Shown: positions 1 through 10,629 of the stretch, piece by piece | How the letters are laid out: each line of letters begins with the position of its first letter | Numbering within the stretch: position 1 is the first letter of the stretch | Assembly (NCBI GenBank): GCA_024403825.1 | Contig: JAKSRB010000001.1 | Coordinates: forward strand, 10,124 to 74,123 | Length of the DNA stretch: 64,000 nucleotides | Direction of reading: 5' to 3' | DNA from: Ruminococcus sp. | Lineage (GTDB): Bacteria > Bacillota > Clostridia > Oscillospirales > Acutalibacteraceae | Translations under genes and position numbers: made by a program | Notes under the pieces: model-generated | What the model was told of the DNA's origin: nothing | Seen by the model: the letters and a program-made list of their open reading frames with translations, nothing else | Databases searched by the model: none

Positions 1-1
1 T

Positions 2-253
2 ACTGAGGGTGCAATTCCATACGCAGCAGGTCATCCACTACAGGTAATTCCAAGCTGTATGGTAGGCTCAGCTGTTGCAGGTGCTTTGTCAGCTCTCTTT
101 GGCTGTACATTAAGAGCACCTCATGGTGGTATATTTGTATTTGCAGTAGTTGGCAACTGGTATTTCTACATTCTCGCACTTGCTGTAGGTGCTGTTGCAG
201 GTATGCTTATGCTTGCAGTTCTTATGAAGAATGTTGCTAAGAATGCTGAATAA
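2..253 (+). CDS. fruA: PTS fructose-specific EIIC component, C-terminal part (5' truncated by window edge)
   Basis: Frame is open from base 2: TEGAIPYAAGHPLQVIPSCMVGSAVAGALS...PHGGIFV. EGAIP and PHGG are hallmark motifs of fructose-family EIIC. Directly upstream of ptsH-ptsI. Confidence 0.85.
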   Translation, partial: TEGAIPYAAGHPLQVIPSCMVGSAVAGALSALFGCTLRAPHGGIFVFAVVGNWYFYILALAVGAVAGMLMLAVLMKNVAKNAE

Positions 254-273
254 AATTAAATATGAAGTTATTT

Positions 274-301
274 TTACTCCCTCTCTGAGCGGAGGGAGTA
301 A
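274..301 (+). other. Intergenic stem-loop between fruA and ptsH, no U-tract
   Basis: TTACTCCCTCT-ctgagc-GGAGGGAGTAA, 11 bp with one G-U pair. Confidence 0.7.
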
Positions 302-351
302 GGTTTATTAAATTATTAAAATAAATAAGTTTTTAAAAGGAGAAATTTATT

Positions 352-615
352 ATGGTATCAAAACAGCTTACACTTGTAAATGCACAGGGTTTTCATATGC
401 GTCCGGCATCAGTTTTTGCAACAGCTATGGGAAAGTATCCTTGTGATGTAACAATTAAATTCAATGGAAATGATGTAAACGCAAAAAGCTTGCTTAATAT
501 CATTGCTGCTTGTATAAAGTGCGGTAGTGAAATAGAGGTTGTATGCAGTGGCGAAAAAGAGGAAGAGGCTCTTGCTGAGGCTGTACAGCTTATCGAAAGC
601 GGACTTGGCGAATAA
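352..615 (+). CDS. ptsH: Phosphocarrier protein HPr
   Basis: GFHMRPA (His15) and AKSLLNI (Ser46) motifs, 87 aa, AGGAG RBS. Confidence 0.97.
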   Translation: MVSKQLTLVNAQGFHMRPASVFATAMGKYPCDVTIKFNGNDVNAKSLLNIIAACIKCGSEIEVVCSGEKEEEALAEAVQLIESGLGE

Positions 616-640
616 CCATAATATTATAAGTTGAGATAGA

Positions 641-675
641 TTTTCCTCATACAATTTTTGTGTGGGGAAAATTTT
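641..675 (+). terminator. Stem-loop between ptsH and ptsI (weak terminator or stabiliser)
   Basis: TTTTCCTCATACA-atttt-TGTGTGGGGAAAA, 13 bp with G-U pairs, followed by a short TTTT. Confidence 0.55.
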
Positions 676-703
676 GCAAAGTGATTAAAACGAGGTGAAT
701 TAT

Positions 704-2404
704 ATGTTAAAAGGTACAGCGGCTTCTGAGGGTATAGGTATTGGAAAGGTTTTGGTAATTGAAGAACATTCACTTGAATATACACCGAAAACAGTTGTTG
801 ATACAGAGTCTGAATTAAGCCGATTTGAGCAGGCGGTTGAAAAATTCTGCGAAAATACAACTGAACAGGCTGAGGCTATCAGAAAATCTACAGGTGACAA
901 GGAAGCTCAGATACTTGAAGGACATATTCAGATAATAAAAGATCCATATCTGATGAGTGAGATTGAAAAGCTTATATCAGGCGGAATGTGTGCAGAGTCT
1001 GCATTGGAGCAGATGTGTGATTTATTTATAACAATGTTTTCTGCCGCAGATGATGAGCTTACAAAACAGCGTGCCGCTGATGTAAAAGATATAAAAACTG
1101 CAATTTTAAGTATATTGCTTGGAATACAGGAACTAAAAATCAGCGATGCACCAAAAGGCACAGTACTTGTTGCGGACGAGCTTACTCCTTCAATGACGGC
1201 AGGAATTGTAAAAGAAAATATTGTAGGTATTGTGACTCAGACAGGAGGAAAAACCTCACATTCCGCAATTCTTGCAAGAGCATTGGAGATACCTGCGGTT
1301 TTAAGCGTTGAAAATGCGGTAGAAATTCTGAAAAATGGTCAGGAAATTGTTGTTGACGGAAGTGACGGTATTGTAATAACAAATCCTGACAGCAATCAGA
1401 TTAAAGAATACACAGCCAAAAGTGAAGCCTTTATACAGGAACGCAGAGAGCTTGAAAAATACAGAGGTCAGAAAACTGTTTCAAAAAGCGGTGAAGAGTA
1501 TGAGTTATTCTGTAATATCGGTAAGCCTGAGGATGCAGTAAAGGCAATGGAAGCAGACGGTGAAGGAGTTGGACTTTTCAGAACGGAATTTTTATTTATG
1601 GATAGAAGTTCAATTCCAACCGAAGATGAGCAGTTTGAGGCATACAAAAAGGCAGCTCTTATCTTAAAAGGCAAGTCACTTATAATCAGAACTCTGGATA
1701 TTGGCGGAGATAAGGATTTACCATATCTTGGACTTGAAAAAGAAGAAAATCCGTTTATGGGATTCAGAGCAATCAGATATTGTCTGAAAAATTCAGAATT
1801 ATTCAAAGCTCAGATAAGAGCAATTCTCAGAGCAAGTGCATTTGGTGATGTAAAAATAATGTTCCCATTAGTTACAACAGTTGATGAAGTGAGAGCAGGC
1901 AAGAAAATAGTTGAAGAGGCAAAGCTTGAACTAAAGGCAGAGAATATTGCTTATGATGAAAATATCAAGGTTGGAGTTATGATGGAAACCTCTTCAGCGG
2001 CAGTAATTGCTGATTTGCTTGCAAAAGAAGCTGACTTTTTCAGTATAGGAACTAATGATTTAACTGGATATACAATGGCTTGTGACAGAGGAAACAGTGA
2101 TGTTTCATATTTGTATTCAGCATTACAGCCAAGTGTACTCAGGTTAATAAAGAATATAATCAAATGTGGAAATGAAAATAATATTCCTGTAGGAATGTGT
2201 GGAGAGGCAGCGGCAAATCCTCAGATGATACCGTTATTGATTTCATTTGGACTTACAGAATTTAGTGTTTCAGCACCGTCAGTATTAAAGGTTAGAAAAA
2301 ATATATCAAAATGGACAAAATCAGATGCAGATGCGGTTGCTGAAAAGGTAATGGCACTAAGTACAGAAAAAGAAATTGATGAATTTTTAAAATCAATGAT
2401 TTGA
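704..2404 (+). CDS. ptsI: PTS enzyme I (PEP-protein phosphotransferase)
   Basis: GGKTSHSAILARA phospho-His motif plus GVGLFRTEFLF, IRTLDIGGDK, SIGTNDL and GMCGE. ATG at 704 follows a GAGGTG RBS (the track start at 695 lies inside the RBS). Confidence 0.98.
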   Translation: MLKGTAASEGIGIGKVLVIEEHSLEYTPKTVVDTESELSRFEQAVEKFCENTTEQAEAIRKSTGDKEAQILEGHIQIIKDPYLMSEIEKLISGGMCAESALEQMCDLFITMFSAADDELTKQRAADVKDIKTAILSILLGIQELKISDAPKGTVLVADELTPSMTAGIVKENIVGIVTQTGGKTSHSAILARALEIPAVLSVENAVEILKNGQEIVVDGSDGIVITNPDSNQIKEYTAKSEAFIQERRELEKYRGQKTVSKSGEEYELFCNIGKPEDAVKAMEADGEGVGLFRTEFLFMDRSSIPTEDEQFEAYKKAALILKGKSLIIRTLDIGGDKDLPYLGLEKEENPFMGFRAIRYCLKNSELFKAQIRAILRASAFGDVKIMFPLVTTVDEVRAGKKIVEEAKLELKAENIAYDENIKVGVMMETSSAAVIADLLAKEADFFSIGTNDLTGYTMACDRGNSDVSYLYSALQPSVLRLIKNIIKCGNENNIPVGMCGEAAANPQMIPLLISFGLTEFSVSAPSVLKVRKNISKWTKSDADAVAEKVMALSTEKEIDEFLKSMI

Positions 2405-2448
2405 CAATTAGATAAAAGGGTATGTGAAAAACAAATCTCACAAATAAT

Positions 2449-2492
2449 AAGGCACTTAACCTCAAGTAATTAATTAAGGTTAAGTGCCTTTT
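2449..2492. terminator. Bidirectional intrinsic terminator between convergent ptsI and transglutaminase genes
   Basis: AAGGCACTTAACCT ... AGGTTAAGTGCCTT inverted repeat followed by TT. Confidence 0.8.
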
Positions 2493-2528
2493 GTAGTATA
2501 AAATAAAATGTAGATTTTTACTGATTTC

Positions 2529-4661
2529 CTAAAGCACAACAATAATTTTATAATATGTCTTACATAAATAATTTTTCTCTGAATAAAAACTATCTCTTTG
2601 CTCTTCAGCATAATTTAGTAATATCGTTACTTCTTCATCTGTTACTTTTTTATTACTAAATCTCGCTTTCTTAGCTATATAAGTTATATCATCAGGAATA
2701 ATATTATGCTTGGTTAATCGTAATATATATCTATAAATATGTATTGCACTTTGGTTTGAATTTTTTGAATAAAATCTCTTTTTGCGAATTTTTAAAATAA
2801 ATTTCATCCTCAAAAATATGGCTGATATTACTACAGCTAAAATCATTAGTATCTTAATTAATGGTACGAGTTTTAAAAATTCTGAATTTTTGCTATCTTT
2901 AGATGAAGTTCCACTTGTTGCAGGTGCAACAGACTCAGGCTGAATTGTAGTTTGTTGTGCCTCAGTAATATCAGCTTGTGTTGGTGTTGTGGTTGAATTT
3001 ACTGTTGTTTCTTCTGTACTATTTTCCTCAGCTACGGTAATGTAGGTAGAGGGCGTTGCTTCGAGTGGTACCCAGCCAGAAGCATCATCATAATATTCAA
3101 CCCATGCGTGTGCATTGTCACTTGTGACGGTTCTCCATTCTCCTGCACCCGTACGAATGGCATAACCGGTTACATATCTTGCAGGAATATTTAAGGCTCG
3201 CAATACAACTGTTGCGGTAGTCGCATAATGCATACAATATCCAATTTGCTCACTTTTCAAAAACCATACCGCAAAATCTTCTCCGTCTGGCATTTTTGGA
3301 GGTGTCAGGCTGTAGCTTGCATTTGAAAATATCTTATTTATAATTTCCTGTGGTTCGTCATCAGAAGTGATTTCGAGTGAATTTAGTGCTTCAATGACAG
3401 CATCTTTTGTCGATTGAGGTAATTGAGTATATGTATTCCTGGCAAAATTTATGTATTCGGAGTTGGGCGATGATGTTAAGCTAATATCATGTTGACTATA
3501 GAGAAGTTCAGCATACGATTGATAGGTTATTTCATAATTTGTAGATTTTTCATTGTTTTTTACGCAAATATCACCCATTATTTCAGTATCATCTGGAAGA
3601 AAAGAAGGATAATATGGGAGATATACTATATTACTTTTTTGCTGTGTAATTATTTTTAATGTGCTTTTTTTAATATGTTGCGAATTAGTTCTTATAAAGC
3701 TGTTAAAATCCTCAGGTAAGTTTTGAAACTCGCTGTTATCAAGAACATTCCATTGATTATCTTTATAATCTGCAAATGCTGTGCCTTTCAGATATAATAA
3801 TTCATCCTTACTTGAATTTACACGCATTACAGGCTGACCTTTTTGAACAAAATCGCCAAGATTAGAAAGATTTTCATTTGTTTGAAGCTTTGATTTGAAG
3901 TCCGATACATTTGATATATCTGAGTTTTTGTTATTAATGCTATCAATTATCAATGAATATATTTTATCCTGCCATTCTGTGCGTTTATAGCCTTCTATGG
4001 GGTTGATTGAATAATTAAATATTGCAGTTAATGCGAAAACTATTACAGTTATTATGCTGACAATTCCAAGCTGTTTGGAGTTATTTTTTCTGACATTATC
4101 TGTAAAATATAGTGATACAAGTAAAATCACAACAAAAATTAAAGCTATGATTGATGGTAGTGTATTGATTAAAACAAAGCAAGGGATAAGCATTATTACT
4201 GAAATTATAATTACCGGTAGGGTAACACGAAAACGCATAAGACAAATTGTAAATATACCACACAATAACGCACAAACATAAATATAAAATACAGTTGCAT
4301 CTGAAGAAATAATTTTTATTCCTGAAAATTTTACAGAGGAGGGGACATTAATATATACAGAGTAAACTGCCAGAATTTTATTTAAAACATAATTTAATTG
4401 TGAAATAACAGTTTTTATATTAATAAAAATTGATAATAGAAATGTTATGAATAAAACAGAAATACTAATCAAAAGTGAAGATACTTTACGAATGTATTTT
4501 GACTAGATAGCGAATATTCCAACAAAAATTGCGGTTGAAAAAATCAATAAAAAATTATTTACATTCAGATTAAAGGATGTAGTCTGACAGCTTACAAGAC
4601 AAAATACAAGCAGAGCTGACAGCAGATAATTAACCGAAAATGACAATTTATTATTTTTCAA
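2529..4661 (-). pseudogene. Membrane transglutaminase-like domain protein interrupted by an in-frame TAG at codon 53 (intact downstream ORF 2529-4472)
   Basis: Catalytic motifs GYCMHYAT, HAWVE and WVPLEATP. The frame continues upstream of 4472 through one TAG (4503-4505) to a TTG at 4661, which has an AGGAGAGGAG RBS just after the DUF58 stop. Confidence 0.7.
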
Positions 4662-4663
4662 AT

Positions 4664-5626
4664 TTAAATTATCTCCTCTCCTGTAGCTGTAATCAAAAAT
4701 TCCATAAAATGATTTTTGTCAATATAATTTTTGTTTATCTGTATATTGTTATACAAATTTATTATGTATTCTGATAGTTCGTTTTTGCTGTTAATAGCTG
4801 TATAAAATGACGAACCAAATTCAGATATATTGCATAATATTCCGCAGTCAAGCATATATTCGGCAACATAAATTAATCTGCCTATAATGTCTGCATTTTC
4901 GACAGGGTTCTTTGTTAAATGAATACTTATTAAAGGCTTTTTTGTAATAGGTTGTGCTGGTTCTCTGACAATGATATTATCTGATTTGGTTGAAAGCTTC
5001 CAATGTATATTTTTGATATTGTCACCGCTTTGATATGAGCGTAACTCATAAAAATCCGAATAACCACCAATTTTGGGTTTATATCCGATTATATCGAGTT
5101 TTTCTATGTTAGGAAGTATGCTTGTTTTTTTAGACTTAGGAATTATCGTTGTGCTGAAATAGTGGTTATTCCTGACAGGAATAAAAAATAATCCCAGCAT
5201 ATCATAAACCCTGCAATGCTTAATATTAAAATTTATATATCCGCATTTTTCGGTAATTTTATCAAAATTTTCCGAAAAAGAATTATTTAGTCTTCCGCTA
5301 AATTTAATTATTAATTTACTTTTATATGAAGAAAATTGATTTTCGACCTTTAGAGTTATATATAAATCAGGACAAAATAAGATAGGATTTTTTAAGAATG
5401 ATACATTAATTTTAAAATCTCTGTTCATTTCTGATTTTTCATTACAATATAAATTGATGCCATTAACCGCAGTATTTATCATAAATGGCAGGCTGAAAAT
5501 AGCTGATATAAAAGGTAATGAGATTATAAAAATCAACAGATACCACGAAAACCAAGCATTATAAAAAATACTGAACATAAAAACTGCACTAAGAACTATT
5601 ATATACATTAACAGATTTTTAATCAT
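4664..5626 (-). CDS. DUF58 domain protein (MoxR partner)
   Basis: YELRSYQSGDNIKNIHWKLSTK DUF58 motif, N-terminal TM segments, lies between MoxR and transglutaminase. Confidence 0.88.
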   Translation of the reverse strand: MIKNLLMYIIVLSAVFMFSIFYNAWFSWYLLIFIISLPFISAIFSLPFMINTAVNGINLYCNEKSEMNRDFKINVSFLKNPILFCPDLYITLKVENQFSSYKSKLIIKFSGRLNNSFSENFDKITEKCGYINFNIKHCRVYDMLGLFFIPVRNNHYFSTTIIPKSKKTSILPNIEKLDIIGYKPKIGGYSDFYELRSYQSGDNIKNIHWKLSTKSDNIIVREPAQPITKKPLISIHLTKNPVENADIIGRLIYVAEYMLDCGILCNISEFGSSFYTAINSKNELSEYIINLYNNIQINKNYIDKNHFMEFLITATGEEII

Positions 5627-5629
5627 AAA

Positions 5630-6556
5630 TTAAATCCTCGGCTTTTTGGTGTGAGCAAGAATATCCTTTAGAACAGCTTTTGTGTTAAGTTTTCTTTTAA
5701 CTGCCTCAGAGCTAAGAATAATTCTATGTCCGATTGTGGATATAAAAATATTATCAATATCATCAGGCGTAACAAAATCTTTGTTTTGGGCATATGCAAA
5801 TGCTTTTGACATATCAGCAAGTGATAGTGATGCTCTTGGACTTGCACCACGCAAAATAAGATTATTGTTTCTTGTTTTGTTTATAAGTTCAACTATATAT
5901 GCTATAACTTCATTGCTTATATATATTTCACGAACCTCCTGCTGAATTTTAATAAGCTCTTCCTTAGTGATTATCTGCTTGATATTATCAAGAGGATTGC
6001 TTGTTGAACGATTTAATATCATTTGACATTCTGCGTTTTTATCTGGGTAACCCATAGAAATCTTTACCATAAATCTGTCAGTTTGGGAATCTGGTAAAAG
6101 CTGAGTTCCTGATGCACCAGAGGGATTTTGAGTTGCAATAACTGAAAATGGATTTTCAAGGGGATAGGTGATACCCTCAATAGTTACTTGATTTTCCTCC
6201 ATAGCCTCAAGTAATGCAGATTGGGTTCTGCTTGAGGTTCTGTTTAACTCATCAGCAAGAAACAGATTGCAAAAAACTGCACCCTTATTAAAATGCATTT
6301 TACCGCTGATTTTATCATAAACTGAAAAGCCTGTTATATCAGAAGGCAAAGTGTCAGGAGTAAATTGCACTCTTTTATATTCAAGTCCTAAAGCTTTTGA
6401 AAATGCAACAGCTAAGGTAGTTTTTCCAACTCCGGGAATATCTTCAATAAGGATATTTCCGTTTGCGATAATGGCAAGCAATACTGTAATTATAGCTCGG
6501 TCCTTTCCATTAACAGCTTTTTTTACTTCATTCACAATATTTTGAAACATATTCAT
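5630..6556 (-). CDS. MoxR family AAA+ ATPase
   Basis: EDIPGVGKT Walker A, RVQFTPDTLPSD, LADELNR, ALLEAMEE, ATQNP and GASPRA motifs. Confidence 0.95.
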   Translation of the reverse strand: MNMFQNIVNEVKKAVNGKDRAIITVLLAIIANGNILIEDIPGVGKTTLAVAFSKALGLEYKRVQFTPDTLPSDITGFSVYDKISGKMHFNKGAVFCNLFLADELNRTSSRTQSALLEAMEENQVTIEGITYPLENPFSVIATQNPSGASGTQLLPDSQTDRFMVKISMGYPDKNAECQMILNRSTSNPLDNIKQIITKEELIKIQQEVREIYISNEVIAYIVELINKTRNNNLILRGASPRASLSLADMSKAFAYAQNKDFVTPDDIDNIFISTIGHRIILSSEAVKRKLNTKAVLKDILAHTKKPRI

Positions 6557-6640
6557 AATTAACCTCGTGGAATAATTAATATCTTGATTTTTAATTGCAC
6601 TAACAAAATTAAAATTTATTATCTGAATTTACTACTTTAT

Positions 6641-6669
6641 ATTATAACAGCAAATTAATGCTTCTGCAA
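6641..6669 (-). promoter_or_regulatory. sigmaA-type promoter for the MoxR operon
   Basis: Minus strand TTGCAG-17-TATAAT with extended -10 TG. Confidence 0.55.
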
Positions 6670-6934
6670 TATATCGGATGATAATTCCAATTTATTAAAA
6701 ATAATACAATTTGTATAAAATGCATCATTGTCACCAAAAATGAATTATACAAAATAATTTTCAACATTCAATTAAAAGTTACAAATGTGTAATAATTTAA
6801 ATATTCAGCTTACTTTCATACTGCTTTTTACATACAAAATGACGAAAACAAGGTGTTTCCCTTTCAAAATAATTCCTTTTTTTATGAAATTGGCATTTTT
6901 TTTGAATTTTTTTGCAAGAAATTCTATAAATATA

Positions 6935-6963
6935 TTGCAAAATTTAAAAAAGTATAGTATTAT
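6935..6963 (+). promoter_or_regulatory. sigmaA-type promoter for gdhA
   Basis: TTGCAA-17-TATTAT, predicted TSS ~6970. Confidence 0.6.
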
Positions 6964-6969
6964 ATATGT

Positions 6970-7030
6970 AGTCGGCGAAGGTGCTGCAACACATCAGACA
7001 GCTTAAGCCTTGCTGATGTGTTATTTTATG
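6970..7030 (+). promoter_or_regulatory. Structured gdhA 5' leader, putative attenuator
   Basis: Terminator-like stem AACACATCAG/CTGATGTGTT (6988-7022) followed by ATTTTAT. A competing helix pairs 6972-6982 with 7007-7016. Confidence 0.5.
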
Positions 7031-7038
7031 TGAATTAA

Positions 7039-8394
<1,356 letters not shown>

Positions 8395-8451
8395 TTATTG
8401 ATTAATGCAGACAGCTATAGAAGCTAAAATTTAAAGTTATATAATATTTAT

Positions 8452-8487
8452 AAACAAGCAATAGTGTTAAGCTGTTGCTTGTTTTTT
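8452..8487 (+). terminator. gdhA intrinsic terminator (near-duplicate at 44607-44638)
   Basis: AAACAAGCAATAG-tgttaag-CTGTTGCTTGTTT followed by TTT. Confidence 0.85.
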
Positions 8488-8590
8488 AGTTTGATAATGT
8501 ATGTAAATATTGTATTCTTGGTTAAATTTGATTAGATATTAAAGAATTTACTTTGAGAATTTACTTGATTATTTAACGCTTTGCTATTGC

Positions 8591-8619
8591 TTGCATATTT
8601 TTAATAATTGTGCTATAAT
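8591..8619 (+). promoter_or_regulatory. sigmaA-type promoter for PPIase-HAD
   Basis: TTGCAT-17-TATAAT with extended TG. Confidence 0.65.
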
Positions 8620-8685
8620 AACTTAATTCATTTATGAATATTGATTTGATGTGTTTTATTATTTCTATCCTGAAAGGAAGTTGTT

Positions 8686-9714
8686 ATGAAATCGTTGAAT
8701 TTTAAAAAATTATTATGTGTACTGTTGTGTGGAGTTGTAAGCTCCGCAATTTTAATTCAGTTTTCAGGCTGTAATAAGTCACCTGTTGCAACTGCTGACG
8801 AGGCTACAAAGGATACTTTGAAAATTTCAACTGCTGACCAGGTAAGTACCGCTGATGAGGCAGTTTCTTCTGCTGAGGTTCTTGAACAGCTTGGATTTAA
8901 TGCTCAGGAGTTAGGTATAAATCCTAATATATATAATGCTGATAACAAAGAAATAGGTTTTCAGCTTGAACAACCTCAAAATGGTGATACTGTTGCAATT
9001 TTACATACTTCTATGGGTGATATTACTATGAGATTTTTCCCTGATGAAGCACCAAAAACTGTTACTAATTTCATAAATCTTGCCAAAGGTGGCGGATATG
9101 ATAATACTACTTTTTACAGAGTTATAAATGATTTTATGATTCAGGGCGGAGATGCTAATCAGGCAAGTTCATATGGTGCAGATTTTAATGATGAATTTTG
9201 CGACAAGCTTTATAATATAAGGGGAGCTGTTGCAATGGCTAATAATTCTGCTGATTCAAACAGTAGTCAGTTTTTTATCAATCAAAAAAATTCAGATTCT
9301 TTTGAAACTGAGGGCGGTTGGTCTGCACTTGAGCTTAACTGGGAAAATATTAAAACTCAGCTTATCAACTATAAAGGAACAAATTTAATTTCTTCTTATC
9401 TTGACCAGTATGGTGCAAGCTGTTACGATACTGACCTTGTTCCTGCAGAGGTAAGGGAGTTATATACAAAGTATGGCGGTAATGCTCATCTTGACGGGGC
9501 ATTTAATATTGCTGACAGAGGTCATACTGTATTTGGTCAGGTAATCAGCGGTATGGAGGTTGTTGACAAGATTGCTGCTGCATCTGATCAGGTGGTAACT
9601 ATAAAAAATGTTGAAATCTCAACATTTTCAGCTCCGACACCTACAGTTGAAACTACAAAGCCTACTGAAACTCAAAAAAGTGAAACAACAGTCGAAACTA
9701 AAAATAATGATTAA
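8686..9714 (+). CDS. Cyclophilin-type peptidyl-prolyl isomerase, probable lipoprotein
   Basis: APKTVTNF, FYRVINDFMIQGGD, GAVAMAN, SQFFINQ and HTVFGQVISGMEVVDKI motifs. Signal peptide with FSGC lipobox. T/P-rich tail. Confidence 0.9.
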   Translation: MKSLNFKKLLCVLLCGVVSSAILIQFSGCNKSPVATADEATKDTLKISTADQVSTADEAVSSAEVLEQLGFNAQELGINPNIYNADNKEIGFQLEQPQNGDTVAILHTSMGDITMRFFPDEAPKTVTNFINLAKGGGYDNTTFYRVINDFMIQGGDANQASSYGADFNDEFCDKLYNIRGAVAMANNSADSNSSQFFINQKNSDSFETEGGWSALELNWENIKTQLINYKGTNLISSYLDQYGASCYDTDLVPAEVRELYTKYGGNAHLDGAFNIADRGHTVFGQVISGMEVVDKIAAASDQVVTIKNVEISTFSAPTPTVETTKPTETQKSETTVETKNND

Positions 9715-9732
9715 TCATACAATGGAGGAGTT

Positions 9733-10578
9733 ATGAACAATCGTCCTATTGTTGCAATAATGTATGATTTTGATAAAACTCTTTGTACTAAGGATATGCA
9801 GGATTATAGTTTTATTCCAAGCCTTGGTATGACAGAAGAAGAGTTCTGGCAATATGCAAACGCTCTTGGAAAAAGTCAGCATATGGATTCTGTACTTGCA
9901 TATATGTATGCAATGGTAAAAATCTCAAATGATAAGAAAATTCCATTCAAAAGGCAACAGCTTGTTGATATGGGAAAGAATGTTGAATTATATTCTGGTC
10001 TTGATAGTTGGTTTGAGCGTATCAATAAGTTCGGTAATTCTCAGGGGCTGCAGGTTGAACATTATGTTATTTCATCTGGTCTTAAAGAGATTATTGAGGG
10101 AACATCAATATGTAATAATTTCAAAAGCATATTTGCCTGCGAATTTCTTTATAATGAAAATGGAAATGCTGTCTGGGCGAAAACAGATGTTAATTATACG
10201 AATAAAACTCAGTTTGTATATAGAATTAACAAGGGCATTCTTGATGTGGCAAATGATACAGACTTAAATCGTTCAATGCCTGATGACAGCAAAAGAGTAC
10301 CTTTTTGTAATATGATTTATATTGGTGATGGATTGTCAGATGTGCCTTGTATGAAGATGATGAAAGCATATGGCGGATATTCGATTGCCGTATATCAGGA
10401 GCTTGACAGCAAGGTTGAAGAATTGCTGAAACGAGGCAGAACAGATTATATTTATCCTGCTGATTACAGAGAGGGAACAGGTCTTGATATAACGATTCAG
10501 AATTTAATCAGGAAAATAGCTATTGGTGAAGTTCTTTATAAAGAAAGCCAGAAACAAAAGAGATTTTTAAATGACTGA
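9733..10578 (+). CDS. HAD family hydrolase
   Basis: YDFDKTL (DxD), ISSG and GDGLSD HAD motifs. Confidence 0.88.
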   Translation: MNNRPIVAIMYDFDKTLCTKDMQDYSFIPSLGMTEEEFWQYANALGKSQHMDSVLAYMYAMVKISNDKKIPFKRQQLVDMGKNVELYSGLDSWFERINKFGNSQGLQVEHYVISSGLKEIIEGTSICNNFKSIFACEFLYNENGNAVWAKTDVNYTNKTQFVYRINKGILDVANDTDLNRSMPDDSKRVPFCNMIYIGDGLSDVPCMKMMKAYGGYSIAVYQELDSKVEELLKRGRTDYIYPADYREGTGLDITIQNLIRKIAIGEVLYKESQKQKRFLND

Positions 10579-10588
10579 AAATTTACAT

Positions 10589-10629
10589 AGTCCGACATAG
10601 AAAAGTAATTCTGTGTCGGATTATTTTTT
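10589..10629 (+). terminator. Intrinsic terminator after HAD gene
   Basis: AGTCCGACATAGAA-aagtaa-TTCTGTGTCGGATT followed by ATTTTTT. Confidence 0.8.

Noticed and set aside
2423-2442. TGTGA-N10-TCACA resembling a CRP/Rex site
   Set aside because: The spacer is wrong (CRP N6, Rex shorter), and it lies between two convergent gene ends with no promoter to control.
4503-4505. Genome-wide reassignment of TAG (pyrrolysine or code 15) to explain the in-frame amber
   Set aside because: TAG is the normal stop of eno (28012-14), the 38704 gene, the DUF2344 gene and the transglutaminase itself. No other internal TAG was found and no pyl genes are in the window.
6753-6770. CodY-like AATTTTC boxes (also at ~43911)
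   Set aside because: Only 9-11/15 matches in very AT-rich DNA, which is not distinguishable from chance.
6785-7006. 73-aa ORF ending in the gdhA leader loop, considered as a leader peptide
   Set aside because: It starts ~185 nt upstream of the predicted TSS, has no RBS, is Phe/Ile-rich from AT tracts, and has no in-frame start after the TSS.
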